From IMG/VR virus record IMGVR_UViG_3300045988_152178: DNA of 64,000 bases; one strand, written 5' to 3'. The translations under genes and the position numbers were made by a program. The stretch is from a virus. Shown in pieces: positions 25,410 through 34,412 of this stretch. How positions within the stretch are numbered: position 1 is the first letter of the stretch; each line of letters begins with the position of its first letter. The notes under the pieces are model-generated. The model saw only the letters and a program-made list of their open reading frames with translations, did no database searches and was not told the DNA's origin.

Positions 25410-25970
25410 ATGTGTAATCAGTTTAAAAGACATAGAGCAAAGAAAGCTCTCAAACAACTGGCTAGTCTGACCAACGTAATTGCCACGATTAAGAAGTGGG
25501 AGAAGGCTGGATTGATTTACTGGCATGTAAAGGGCAAGACCCTTCTGATTGAGCAGAGTTTAGCTACCGCCTTGATGGCGAGTGGAAGTGAAATGTTCAA
25601 TAAGTTCCTGAATATCACCGCCCAGTTCAAAAACTCAGAACTGCTCTCTGATGCATATGAGCAGCAGCGTATCACTATTGAGACGCAGGCTGTGAGGGAG
25701 GCGCAGGAGAAAACATCCAGTAAGCTGACCGATGCTGATATTCAGCGCATCCGTCTGAATGCTAGAGAGAATATGCAGCACATCGATATGAAGAGCATCC
25801 TCGATGCTATCCATGAGTTTGATATAATGATTATCCGCAGCAGTGCTATCTCTTCTGCTGATGCCACCCAGGAAGGTGGCGAGCTTGTTGCTGTTGGCCA
25901 CTTCGATGGAAAGAAGGTGGAAATGGCGATGTGGGATGAAATCAAGAATGATTTGAAAGAAGAAAAATAA
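25410..25970 (+). CDS. hypothetical protein (186 aa)
   Basis: Long ORF after a 245-bp intergenic region. Confidence 0.7.
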   Translation: MCNQFKRHRAKKALKQLASLTNVIATIKKWEKAGLIYWHVKGKTLLIEQSLATALMASGSEMFNKFLNITAQFKNSELLSDAYEQQRITIETQAVREAQEKTSSKLTDADIQRIRLNARENMQHIDMKSILDAIHEFDIMIIRSSAISSADATQEGGELVAVGHFDGKKVEMAMWDEIKNDLKEEK

Positions 25971-25973
25971 AAT

Positions 25974-26096
25974 ATGAATATCAAGATATTAAAGGAAGGC
26001 GACCGCTATCACGTCTATATAGGCGACAAGGATTTGTGGCTATCGAGAATGGAACTGGTAGAGCTTCGCCATAGTATCAACTCTATCCCATTATAG
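25974..26096 (+). CDS. small hypothetical protein (40 aa, below the track cut-off)
   Basis: Reads MNIKILKEGDRYHVYIGDKDLWLSRMELVELRHSINSIPL. Fills the gap between neighbouring genes exactly. Confidence 0.4.
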   Translation: MNIKILKEGDRYHVYIGDKDLWLSRMELVELRHSINSIPL

Positions 26097-26108
26097 AATA
26101 ATCGTCCA

Positions 26109-26492
26109 ATGAAAACAATATTATTCACAAAGGAAAACTGGCTGTGCAGTCAACTGAGTGTAGCCAAATATACCGGAGGCGTACAAGTCACTGGCGCTGA
26201 TGGTAAGAAAAGAATTTTCCTCATTGTCAATCAAGAAGGAAAAGACCTGAGTCAGGTTAGTATTCCTGCTGGTGACCCAGCCGATCTAGTAGATAAGGAA
26301 TTTATTCCGCTCTATAAAAAGCTGGGCAGAGTTTTATTTATCGCTATCGTCGAAGCCAACCCCTCAGTATCTCGCAAAGAGCTGAAGGCAATCCTCACCG
26401 AGGCTGCCGATGTAAAGAAGAGGGGTGAGGAGTTAGAGAAGAAAGTAAGAGAAAAAAGAGAGAAGAAGCAGAATCCTTCCCTCTTCGACTAA
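26109..26492 (+). CDS. hypothetical protein (127 aa)
   Basis: ORF with a Lys/Glu-rich C-terminus. Confidence 0.65.
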   Translation: MKTILFTKENWLCSQLSVAKYTGGVQVTGADGKKRIFLIVNQEGKDLSQVSIPAGDPADLVDKEFIPLYKKLGRVLFIAIVEANPSVSRKELKAILTEAADVKKRGEELEKKVREKREKKQNPSLFD

Positions 26493-26526
26493 AAAAAGTT
26501 TTAATACATTAAAGATTAATAAAGAA

Positions 26527-26934
26527 ATGAGAACGTTAGAAGAATTTCAGAAAGAAGTCCTTGCGCCTTTGCGTAAGGAAAGAGACAAAAAACACGAAGT
26601 TGCTTTGAAAATCAAGACCGATGGCAGCGAGGCCTTTGCGAAACGTAAGAAGGAACTCCTGGATAAGGAAGTTGAGTTCAAGGAACGTCAGAAGTCTAGC
26701 CTGAAAGAATTTCTCGGCAAGCAAACCTTGGAAAAGAAATCTTTCTTCGTTCAGCAAGATGCTGATCGTGCCGAAGCTCATGCCTTATATCAGAAAGCTA
26801 CCCAAGACTACAAGATTTCTAAACGCCGTGCCAACGAGGAGTTTAATGATAAGCTAGTCATCGCCTTAGCCGAGTATAATAAAGAGCGAGTAGCCGCAGG
26901 TGAGCAGCCTTGTATATTACGACAATCGCCGTGA
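26527..26934 (+). CDS. hypothetical Lys/Glu-rich protein (135 aa); a +1-frame continuation runs to 27016
   Basis: The frame-b tail (26894-27016) reads ...YYDNRREKSAEAHEAGYQEDGWPEEPEPEAAEA. Its TGA overlaps the next ATG as ATGA. Confidence 0.6.
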   Translation: MRTLEEFQKEVLAPLRKERDKKHEVALKIKTDGSEAFAKRKKELLDKEVEFKERQKSSLKEFLGKQTLEKKSFFVQQDADRAEAHALYQKATQDYKISKRRANEEFNDKLVIALAEYNKERVAAGEQPCILRQSP

Positions 26935-27012
26935 GAAATCTGCTGAGGCACATGAGGCTGGTTATCAGGAGGACGGCTGGCCGGAAGAACCAGAACCGGA
27001 GGCTGCTGAAGC

Positions 27013-27765
27013 ATGAGTTTCCGGAACATGAAAACCCCGCTCAAACCAACCGGCAAAGCGAAGTATCAGCTACCAATGAGGGCTACGCCCGAGAGTAACG
27101 GTCAGAAAACCTATGTGCTCGAAGGCGAATTGAAGGAGAAGTTTATCAAGCTCTTTCCGAAGAACTCCAACCGCAGAATGATGGAATGGTTCGGCATATC
27201 TCATTCAACCGTCCGTCGTTTCAAAACCGAACTCGGATTAGAGAAAGATATGAAAGCTATCCGTCGCCAACTGACGAAGGATGTCAAGAAAATCTGCGAG
27301 GAGAACGGCTATTATGATTCCCTTCGGGGTAAACCGGTAAGCGAAGCCTGTCAGGAAGGCCGCCGCCGATTACTAGAATCCGGCTTTTGTCCTATGAGGC
27401 AACTCAAGAAGAAAAATCCACGTCGATTCAAAGCTGTCATTCGCCGTAGGGCAGAAGCTCGCAAGGAACTTTGGCGGAAGGAGCGTTTGCGTGAAGAATA
27501 TGGGCTGGAGCGCAAAACCAAATTACGTCTGCCGCAGCGGCCGATTACCTCTTCTGCCGCATCATTCAAGTTTATGCTGATCCATAAGCGCAACTATTTC
27601 GCCGTTCCCGGTCATACCTGGTGGATAGCCTACGATAGTGAGACCAATCGTTCGGAGCGCAGCGAGGCAACCGCCCGCAAGCATGGTTTTGAAATCATCG
27701 AGGGTGAGGACGATACTTCCGAAACATCAGACGGGCAGCAGAATGGTAACTGCGGAAATCAATAA
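27013..27765 (+). CDS. basic protein with a probable HTH (250 aa)
   Basis: MEWFGISHSTVRRFKTELGL is HTH-like. The central region is Arg/Lys-rich. Confidence 0.65.
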   Translation: MSFRNMKTPLKPTGKAKYQLPMRATPESNGQKTYVLEGELKEKFIKLFPKNSNRRMMEWFGISHSTVRRFKTELGLEKDMKAIRRQLTKDVKKICEENGYYDSLRGKPVSEACQEGRRRLLESGFCPMRQLKKKNPRRFKAVIRRRAEARKELWRKERLREEYGLERKTKLRLPQRPITSSAASFKFMLIHKRNYFAVPGHTWWIAYDSETNRSERSEATARKHGFEIIEGEDDTSETSDGQQNGNCGNQ

Positions 27766-27782
27766 TAAACAATTATAGAAAC

Positions 27783-28877
27783 ATGAACACGAAACAACAG
27801 AATATTCTTCGCTCACTACTGAAGAAATACAAGTTCAAGAGCGTAAGCAATATGGTCCGTCAGGCTCTCGGAATCAATTTCGAGAACTTCCTGCAGAAGA
27901 CAGAACCTCTCTACATCATTCCCCGCATCGCCTCTTGCTATGCTGTGGAAGGAGATAAAGAGAAGCTGATGGGCATCGTCTATAAGGAATGGCTCAAGAA
28001 CATAGTAGAAAAAGCCTGGGTAAAACCGCTCAATGCCTATATTGAAGAATACGGTGAGCGTATCGTTCTCTCTGCTATCTACTATCTCATCGACAACGGC
28101 CTATGGGAAGTATATGAAGGTCGCCTTGCGCTCGATGCTCAGGAAGATAATTACTACGATAAGTTGGGAGATATGCCTTCCGCCATCGAATTTGTGCAGG
28201 AACAGCAAGCCGAGGAAAAGAAGGCAGAAGAAAAGAAAGCCGCCGCGGAAGCCGCCGCCCAGCAACAAGCCTCTGCCTCGTCACGTCCCCCTATCGCCCC
28301 TGTCCCCAGCGATTCCATCGCTGGCAAAAAGGAAGCAACCCCAGGCTATGCGCTCACCGCCGAAGAAGCCGTAACCCTTATCGGTACCACTTCCGAAGCC
28401 TGTACCCAGTTAAAGCAGAACATAGAACGCCTGTTCGATTTCATCCATACCGCCACCGATACCGATGCCCTTCGCCAGAAGCTCTCTGACCTACAAAAGC
28501 AGTTAGAAACTCAGAAGGCCGAGCATCAGAAAGAAATGGTAGCCCTGCAGAAGAAAGCCGACGAAGCCAATGCCACCATGCTCAAGGCCAGTGATTATAT
28601 CGCCAAGCAGAAACAGGAGGCTAAGGAGGCTCAGAAGCAATACGATGAGCTGAATGCCAAATACAAGAAAGCCCTGGATGAACGTGATGATGCCGACAAG
28701 GAGTTGGAAACCTACAAGAAGCTCCTCGAAGAGGAAGCCAACCGTGAACAGCTACCAAAGAAGAAGGTTATCCCATATAGCGTATTGGATGCCGTTCCTC
28801 TCCTGGGCAAGGGAGTAATGACAGGCTTGGTACCCGTCCTCGCCAAGTACAACATCGTGGTAGACTATAACCGATAG
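27783..28877 (+). CDS. coiled-coil protein (364 aa) with an embedded copy of the conserved hairpin element
   Basis: Long ORF with Ala/Lys/Glu low complexity and heptad-like stretches. Confidence 0.75.
   Translation: MNTKQQNILRSLLKKYKFKSVSNMVRQALGINFENFLQKTEPLYIIPRIASCYAVEGDKEKLMGIVYKEWLKNIVEKAWVKPLNAYIEEYGERIVLSAIYYLIDNGLWEVYEGRLALDAQEDNYYDKLGDMPSAIEFVQEQQAEEKKAEEKKAAAEAAAQQQASASSRPPIAPVPSDSIAGKKEATPGYALTAEEAVTLIGTTSEACTQLKQNIERLFDFIHTATDTDALRQKLSDLQKQLETQKAEHQKEMVALQKKADEANATMLKASDYIAKQKQEAKEAQKQYDELNAKYKKALDERDDADKELETYKKLLEEEANREQLPKKKVIPYSVLDAVPLLGKGVMTGLVPVLAKYNIVVDYNR
28299..28324 (+). repeat. Conserved hairpin element, copy C (inside the CDS, translated as PVPSDSIAG)
   Basis: CCTGTCCCCAGCGATTCCATCGCTGG with a perfect 8-bp stem. 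Confidence 0.85.
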
Positions 28878-28889
28878 GAGGCATGGCGT

Positions 28890-29594
28890 ATGGATCAAGG
28901 AGTAATCATTTTTGATAAGCTGTTCCCAAAGAATGATAGCGATGAACCTATTGCAGTAGTCTCTACCTTTTATGGTGATGAATACACCGATAGGTCTGCC
29001 TATCTAAAGTTCAATAATGCCATCATGCGCATGGGTGAACCTAGGGACGTGGATCAAACAGAAACAGATGTGGAGTTCGTTACCCGTAATGAGGCGGGTA
29101 GTCTTTATGCCGTAGTATATCATTATCGGGATGGCAGTGTAGATTCCGATATGTTGGTTAAGGTGAAAAACGGAGGTTGGATGTTTAATCGTTTCAAGTT
29201 GCGTATTCATCCTAATTTTGTGAGTGCTTATATTCCGTCGATATATGGTTATAAGCGACTCACGGAATCGCAGATAGCGCAAGAGTTGGCCCAGGTTCCT
29301 GCGTTTCCAGTCAAGATGGCAACAATAGGAAATTATGTTTTTGTACTGTTTCCTGGAGGTATAATGATTGCGAAGTGTGCCATTAATAATAAGGATGAAG
29401 TAACTTCTATTGAAGCGATAGATTTTGTTCCTTACGAATCTTTTGCACGAGATGAAATCAGATATTTTTATCAGCAATTACTCCATTGCTATATATCAGT
29501 CGGGGACTTGAACATCGAGGATTTCCCCGAAGACTTGATAAGGAAAACTGTAGAGAATAGTCTTGAGAGATTGAAACGGAAGTATGGTAAATAA
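28890..29594 (+). CDS. hypothetical protein (234 aa)
   Basis: Long ORF. AGGAGG lies 8 nt upstream of the ATG. Confidence 0.7.
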   Translation: MDQGVIIFDKLFPKNDSDEPIAVVSTFYGDEYTDRSAYLKFNNAIMRMGEPRDVDQTETDVEFVTRNEAGSLYAVVYHYRDGSVDSDMLVKVKNGGWMFNRFKLRIHPNFVSAYIPSIYGYKRLTESQIAQELAQVPAFPVKMATIGNYVFVLFPGGIMIAKCAINNKDEVTSIEAIDFVPYESFARDEIRYFYQQLLHCYISVGDLNIEDFPEDLIRKTVENSLERLKRKYGK

Positions 29595-29608
29595 AAAAGA
29601 TAAAGACA

Positions 29609-30235
29609 ATGGCAAATAAAATAAAGATAAGCGGTTCTGAACCCGTCAAGTATGGACCGCACGATTTTCAGTTGGGCGATTACGTCTATGCTCCGGTATC
29701 TCTTGACGACTCATCACAGGGGAATCAGTTAGCCTATATCGGCCAGCAGGATAAAGATGGTTGCTCTATCGTCTTTGTGCAGACTGGGCGCACGGTTTAT
29801 AGAGAATACGATGAACTTTATCTTGTGCCGATAACAGAGGAATGGTTAAAGGAAAATCCGCAGGTGTTTGCGCCTAGCGATGATATGAAGCCGTTGGATG
29901 GAAATCCTTCATTCTCCTGTCAGTATAAGTTTACTGCCAAGCGTTTTAGCTGTGAATATCGTATCGTGGTTTACGATTTGTATTATGAGAACGAAGAAGA
30001 ATTTCAGCGCCTTTGTCGTGAAGGTGTATCTTATTTTACCTGTCTCAGTGAATCACAAGGAAAGGCTACGATAGCGCAAATTGCAGCTATGAATCCTTTG
30101 GCAAAGATTCCTGGACGTTATATTTGCAGACCAGTAGGAGTCATGCAGTCAAACAGTATTCACGGCCTGCAACATTTCCTCCGTCTTTGCGGTTGTGAGG
30201 AACTGAAGATCCCTCAGTCTCTATTAGAAGATTAA
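29609..30235 (+). CDS. hypothetical protein (208 aa)
   Basis: Long ORF. Confidence 0.7.
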   Translation: MANKIKISGSEPVKYGPHDFQLGDYVYAPVSLDDSSQGNQLAYIGQQDKDGCSIVFVQTGRTVYREYDELYLVPITEEWLKENPQVFAPSDDMKPLDGNPSFSCQYKFTAKRFSCEYRIVVYDLYYENEEEFQRLCREGVSYFTCLSESQGKATIAQIAAMNPLAKIPGRYICRPVGVMQSNSIHGLQHFLRLCGCEELKIPQSLLED

Positions 30236-30246
30236 ACAAAAACGAT

Positions 30247-30507
30247 ATGGATAAGACAAAGTTAAAGAAACTCTTTTATGAGGTGAAAGCAACAACCTCA
30301 GATGTGATATTTACAGTATTTATGCTGGTTATACTCTATCTGTTTATTCACTCGATCATCACCAATGCTAAAAGAGATGATAACCGCATAAAAGGTAGTA
30401 GCATCACCGTAACATCAAAAGGTCACGAGTATATCATCTTTAAAATCGACAGAGGCTACACCTGCTGCATTCACTCAGCCTCCTGCCCCTGTCAAGTCAA
30501 GAAGTAA
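30247..30507 (+). CDS. small membrane protein (86 aa)
   Basis: One TM segment, VIFTVFMLVILYLFIHSII. Confidence 0.6.
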   Translation: MDKTKLKKLFYEVKATTSDVIFTVFMLVILYLFIHSIITNAKRDDNRIKGSSITVTSKGHEYIIFKIDRGYTCCIHSASCPCQVKK

Positions 30508-30524
30508 TAACCCACCTCTCGCCT

Positions 30525-30549
30525 CCGTCCCTAGCGATTCTATCGCTGG
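30525..30549 (+). repeat. Conserved hairpin element, copy D (variant CCGTCCCTAGCGATTCTATCGCTGG)
   Basis: Starts 17 nt after the stop. The inner stem AGCGAT/ATCGCT is retained. Confidence 0.8.
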
Positions 30550-30579
30550 TCAGCAGGGAGAGGATAAAAAGAAGAGAAT

Positions 30580-30993
30580 ATGATGAAAATAAACAAAGAA
30601 ACAATCCAGAAGTTGAATCCTTTGTTTCAGGCAATAGCTGAAGGCAAGACTATTCAAATTTATGAAGGAGCCGTTTGGGTGGATATGGATCTTGACGGGG
30701 AAGGAATAGATCTTTGTACGCTCATAACGTGCCCCGAATGCTACCGCATTAAGCCGGAAGTTAAGTATCGTTCTTTTAAGGACAAAAAAGAGTGCTGGGC
30801 TGAGATGCAAAAACATCAGCCGTTTGTGTGGATAGAGTGCAAAGAAGGTCTTTTTAATATCGTTTATGTCGATGACAATTACGTGGGCCTGGCAGATCCC
30901 TATGATAGCTCCATCTCGCTGGCTTCAAAAAACAGCTATCAAGACAACACCTTTGCAGACGGCACTCCATTTGGTATGAAAGTGGAGGAATAG
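30580..30993 (+). CDS. hypothetical protein (137 aa); N-terminus paralogous to the 37420 gene
   Basis: The two share the pattern QAI(A/K)EGK(T/P)(I/V)...W.D.D...YR(I/V)KP. Confidence 0.65.
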   Translation: MMKINKETIQKLNPLFQAIAEGKTIQIYEGAVWVDMDLDGEGIDLCTLITCPECYRIKPEVKYRSFKDKKECWAEMQKHQPFVWIECKEGLFNIVYVDDNYVGLADPYDSSISLASKNSYQDNTFADGTPFGMKVEE

Positions 30994-30995
30994 TT

Positions 30996-31106
30996 ATGGT
31001 ACTCGAACAATGTTCAGATTTACAACTTATGCTCCTTACGATATTCACAATATCTCTTATCATATTGATGGAGCAGATAGCTGAGTATTTTCATTTTAAA
31101 AAATGA
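30996..31106 (+). CDS. small TM peptide (36 aa, below the track cut-off); paralog of the N-terminus of 39368-39703
   Basis: MVLEQCSDLQLMLLTIFTISLIILMEQIAEYFHFKK versus MILAQCLNLQIVLLAIFVISLIVLMEQIAEYFYF. A 27-nt run is identical. GGAGG lies 7 nt upstream. Confidence 0.5.
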   Translation: MVLEQCSDLQLMLLTIFTISLIILMEQIAEYFHFKK

Positions 31107-31119
31107 TAGTAATCAATTC

Positions 31120-31221
31120 ATGGAATTAGAATATTTCATTGTAATTATATATGGTGCTTTAGTTGTTCATTATTTCGTTATGTATCTAGTCTATCAAATA
31201 ATTAATGATTTAAATGAGTAA
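31120..31221 (+). CDS. small hydrophobic peptide (33 aa)
   Basis: Reads MELEYFIVIIYGALVVHYFVMYLVYQIINDLNE. Fills the gap to the next gene. Confidence 0.3.
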   Translation: MELEYFIVIIYGALVVHYFVMYLVYQIINDLNE

Positions 31222-31223
31222 CT

Positions 31224-31598
31224 ATGAATAAGAAGAAAGTAAAAGAGCTGATAGAGCAAATACTAAAATACTGCGACCAATGTTATAACCCTAATTGGCA
31301 ACCAAAGTCATTTGATGAGTTTGTCAAGTTAGGAAACATCTGTAGAGAAGCCATCAAAGAACTCTCCAAGTCTGATTGGATTTCTGTTGAGGATAGATTG
31401 CCTCTTTATGATGAGAAAGTGTTTGTTTGTAATAAAAGACACCCAAATGATGTATGGAAGTCGTTTAGATTAGAGAAAAAGGGTACAGACGTGATAAGTG
31501 TCAATCTTAATAAAACTCTTGACGTAAATGGTTTTGTTATTCATAAGGGTAATATCCCTATCACACATTGGCGTAGAATCGAAAAGTTTGAGGAGTAA
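31224..31598 (+). CDS. DUF551-like phage protein
   Basis: WISVEDRLPLYDEKVFV matches the characteristic DUF551 WIsv.DrLP core. Confidence 0.5.
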   Translation: MNKKKVKELIEQILKYCDQCYNPNWQPKSFDEFVKLGNICREAIKELSKSDWISVEDRLPLYDEKVFVCNKRHPNDVWKSFRLEKKGTDVISVNLNKTLDVNGFVIHKGNIPITHWRRIEKFEE

Positions 31599-31600
31599 AT

Positions 31601-31792
31601 ATGGCGTGGATAGCAGTTGATAAAAACGGTAGAGAGTTTATCTACATGGATAAACCTAATAGAGGTGTTATTGAATTTCTTCCATGTCAGGATGAGGGTA
31701 GTTACATAGAACTTCCCCAAGGCTCCATCAAGAAGCTCATCGGAAGAGAGTTATCTTGGAATGATGACCCAGTAGAACTTAAAGGGGAATAG
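31601..31792 (+). CDS. hypothetical protein (63 aa)
   Basis: ORF with AGGAG 5 nt upstream. Confidence 0.55.
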   Translation: MAWIAVDKNGREFIYMDKPNRGVIEFLPCQDEGSYIELPQGSIKKLIGRELSWNDDPVELKGE

Positions 31793-31794
31793 TT

Positions 31795-32094
31795 ATGGTA
31801 GATAAAAGCTTAATGGAAGAAATGCTCCCGATGAAGATTAGTAATTGGGAGTCTATAGAGTATAGTGAGGGACTTAATTGTCCTAAAGAGGAGTGTGATA
31901 ATAAAAGTTGTAGTTGCCATGCTAGAAATATTATCGGATGGTGTGATACTCCTTACGGCTACATGATGGTCTGTGAGTGCAAGAAGTGCTTCACTAAGTA
32001 TCGCTTTCATGGAACAATAGATGGCAAGTTTGATTTTGAAAACTTTGCTGACAATTTCCTGATGCGTGTTGAAATGGAAAAAGAAGAATTATAG
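31795..32094 (+). CDS. Cys-rich hypothetical protein (99 aa)
   Basis: CPKEECDNKSCSCH...WCDTPYGYMMVCECKKC. Confidence 0.55.
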   Translation: MVDKSLMEEMLPMKISNWESIEYSEGLNCPKEECDNKSCSCHARNIIGWCDTPYGYMMVCECKKCFTKYRFHGTIDGKFDFENFADNFLMRVEMEKEEL

Positions 32095-32097
32095 CTT

Positions 32098-32475
32098 ATG
32101 AAATTAGAAGACATAAAGTTCAAGGCTAAACGCCTTGACAACGGAGAATGGGTAAAAGGCGACTTGGTACATAGCACAAGTTATGTTGGCATAAGTTACC
32201 CAAGTGATGAATTTTCTGATGTACCAAAAGTGCATAGAGTTGACCCTTCTACCGTCTGCCAGTTTACAGGACTGAAAGATGAGGATGGTAAGGAAATCTA
32301 CGAGGGAGACCTTCTAGCAGAAAAAAGTTTTCCGATGTATGAAGTAGGATATATCGATGGCGAATTTGTGGCTTCTTACATTGGAGAGAACGCATTTATC
32401 TTCAAACTCTATGCGTTAAGCAATGATTGTGTGGTATGTGGCTCAAAATACGACAGAAAAGGAGGTGAGAAATGA
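32098..32475 (+). CDS. YopX-family protein, copy 1
   Basis: Typical YopX N-terminus KFKAKRLDNGEWVKGDLV...VDPSTVCQFTGLKDEDGKEIYEGD. Confidence 0.7.
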   Translation: MKLEDIKFKAKRLDNGEWVKGDLVHSTSYVGISYPSDEFSDVPKVHRVDPSTVCQFTGLKDEDGKEIYEGDLLAEKSFPMYEVGYIDGEFVASYIGENAFIFKLYALSNDCVVCGSKYDRKGGEK

Positions 32476-32714
32476 ATACACTATACGAAAAAGCCGTTGA
32501 ATTGCTAGTTAGTGACATTCAAGACAAAGCTCTCAAAGAGAAGATTGGTACTCTTGGCAAAAAGACAGAAATGGAAATCAACGAGCCTCCAAAAAACATC
32601 ATCTTATATCCAAGCGAACACTTCAATGATGGTTTAATCGAGACTTCTATCCCTCTCACTAGAAGGGAAAGAAGAAAGTTGAACTTAAAGAAGAATAGAT
32701 ATGAAAAAGTATGA
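32472..32714 (+). CDS. hypothetical protein (80 aa)
   Basis: ATGA start/stop overlap. GGAGG lies 6 nt upstream. Confidence 0.55.
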   Translation: MNTLYEKAVELLVSDIQDKALKEKIGTLGKKTEMEINEPPKNIILYPSEHFNDGLIETSIPLTRRERRKLNLKKNRYEKV

Positions 32715-32925
32715 ATATGAGTATATGGTAACTTCTATAGTTATCAAGAAAGCTGACGAGATAGCTCAGGTTTTATCTAATAGATTCAACCAAGAAGGCT
32801 ATGAAGGTTGGGAGTTAGTGCAATGGAACATCATGCCACCTGCTGCACTTTTAACGGCTTCTACGACACCTTGCTGTGGCTCAATATATATTCTTGCAAC
32901 ATTTAAGAAGAAGTTGAGAGTGTAA
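32701..32925 (+). CDS. DUF4177-like protein (74 aa)
   Basis: MKKYEYEYMV...NQEGYEGWELVQ resembles the DUF4177 pattern (yEYk...G.eGWELv). Confidence 0.45.
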   Translation: MKKYEYEYMVTSIVIKKADEIAQVLSNRFNQEGYEGWELVQWNIMPPAALLTASTTPCCGSIYILATFKKKLRV

Positions 32926-33101
32926 TGGTAAGCAATGATACTGAGCTTAGAATGATAGCTGCGCAGATAACTACGAAGACTTCTATTGGAACAGAAGACT
33001 TGTATAGCCGTTATAGTAGTGTATCACGTATGTTAGGTAATATGTTTAATGATGTGTATTACATTCTTCAAGATGTAAGATACAGATATAAATACAAGTA
33101 G
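32925..33101 (+). CDS. small hypothetical protein (58 aa, below the track cut-off)
   Basis: TAATG overlap with the previous stop. Ends at a TAGCGTATG junction. Confidence 0.4.
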   Translation: MVSNDTELRMIAAQITTKTSIGTEDLYSRYSSVSRMLGNMFNDVYYILQDVRYRYKYK

Positions 33102-33104
33102 CGT

Positions 33105-33326
33105 ATGAGCAAGGAAACATTTGACTTCTCGGAGGCTCTGAGAAGAATGAAGGAAGGGAAGAAAGTGAGAAGAAAAATTTGGACAGAAGGTCTATATGTT
33201 TTCATTAAAAACAAAGCCCTTATGTATCAAAGTCATATAACTCATGGAATTGTAGCGAATCCTTATGGTAAATTTAAGGGTACGAGAGATAAATCAGCAA
33301 CTGACTGGGAGGAGGTGGAAGAATGA
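33105..33326 (+). CDS. DUF2829-like protein (Tad2-like candidate)
   Basis: N-terminus FDFSEALRRMKEGKKVRRKIW and C-terminus SATDWEEVEE match the DUF2829 pattern (F.eAl..lk.GkkvrR..W ... DWe.v). Confidence 0.5.
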   Translation: MSKETFDFSEALRRMKEGKKVRRKIWTEGLYVFIKNKALMYQSHITHGIVANPYGKFKGTRDKSATDWEEVEE

Positions 33327-33499
33327 AGAAGTATAGTTTCGCAAACGCCAAGCCTGTCAACCTAAGAAAGATTGACTATTGGTTTCGTGTCGGTCAGTGT
33401 GGTTGCCATAAGACGGACTTCAAGCCTACTCTCAGAGAAATTCGAGGTAGAGTTGCTGAGAAGAAGAAATCGTCTAAGGAATTAAGTAAAGCGTTTTGA
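33323..33499 (+). CDS. small basic protein (58 aa, below the track cut-off)
   Basis: ATGA overlap. A GGAGGAGG tract ends 7 nt upstream of the ATG. Reads MKKYSFANAKPVNLRKIDYWFRVGQCGCHKTDFKP.... Confidence 0.45.
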   Translation: MKKYSFANAKPVNLRKIDYWFRVGQCGCHKTDFKPTLREIRGRVAEKKKSSKELSKAF

Positions 33500-33501
33500 G
33501 T

Positions 33502-33822
33502 ATGGAAAATCTAGAAGATATTAAGGTAGGAGACAAGGTTATCCTATACCGCAGATTTCAAGATAGAACTGTCTGCAAGGTAGAGAGACTGACTAAGAAC
33601 TTCATCATAGTTGAAGGCCGCAAGTATCGCAAGAAGGATGGCTTTGAAGCTGGAGACTGCGGAATTTATGTCAGCTCTATTTTGAGAGCTACAGAACAGA
33701 TGATTGCCGAGATAGAGGAGGAACATAAGCGTGATGTCATCATCAGCTATATAAGAAATTGCCGTCTTAGCACGCTACCAACAGATGTGCTAGAGAAAGT
33801 GTATGAACTAATTAAAAAGTAA
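33502..33822 (+). CDS. hypothetical protein (106 aa from the ATG at 33502)
   Basis: The track start at 33496 is a TTG. The ATG two codons later is preferred. Confidence 0.6.
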   Translation: MENLEDIKVGDKVILYRRFQDRTVCKVERLTKNFIIVEGRKYRKKDGFEAGDCGIYVSSILRATEQMIAEIEEEHKRDVIISYIRNCRLSTLPTDVLEKVYELIKK

Positions 33823-33827
33823 ACTAT

Positions 33828-34262
33828 ATGGCAGAAAAGAAAGTATTAACTATTCATCTTACTGATGAGTGGTACCAGAAAATAGCTAGCGGAGAGAAGA
33901 CAGAGGAGTATCGGGAATGCTCTGTATTCTGGACGATTCGTCTGTTAAGAAAGGATATACCGAATAGGTCAGCCGTGATAGCTGGCGTAGCCAAATATCA
34001 TCGTGCTTCCGATAGAGGTCTTTTCGTGCAAGGCTACCTTACCGGAGGACTCAAGCACACTTCGGACAGTCCGGTAGATAGAACTTACCGCAAGGAGGTA
34101 TTAGAGCCTTTCACTCATGTTCATTTCCTCCTCGGTTATCCGAAAGATAACCAACCGTATATCGAGAAGGAAATCGACGAGATAACGGTAGATAAGCCCA
34201 AAAAGGGCATGTGCCCTGATGCGTGGTTAAAAAAGAATATGTTCGTAATCAGATTCAAATAG
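33828..34262 (+). CDS. ASCH/PUA-like domain protein, copy 1
   Basis: LTIHLTDEWYQKIASGEKTEEYRE fits the ASCH/DUF3850 N-terminal pattern (..I.sGkKt.E.R). Paralog of 38937-39359. Confidence 0.5.
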   Translation: MAEKKVLTIHLTDEWYQKIASGEKTEEYRECSVFWTIRLLRKDIPNRSAVIAGVAKYHRASDRGLFVQGYLTGGLKHTSDSPVDRTYRKEVLEPFTHVHFLLGYPKDNQPYIEKEIDEITVDKPKKGMCPDAWLKKNMFVIRFK

Positions 34263-34270
34263 ATAATCGC

Positions 34271-34408
34271 ATGGCTAAGAAAGAAGAGAAATGTTGTGGC
34301 AACTGCTTCTGGTTTGATAACGAAGATGCCTACGGTCAAGGCTGGTGCATCGATTCGCAAGGCGAAACGTCATGTGATTTGGTTTGTGATAATCATTTAA
34401 ACAGATAA
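34271..34408 (+). CDS. small Cys-rich (zinc-ribbon-like) protein, copy 1 (45 aa from the ATG at 34271)
   Basis: CCGNCFWFDNEDAYGQGWCIDSQGETSCDLVCDNH. Paralog at 40121. Confidence 0.5.
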   Translation: MAKKEEKCCGNCFWFDNEDAYGQGWCIDSQGETSCDLVCDNHLNR

Positions 34409-34412
34409 GCGT

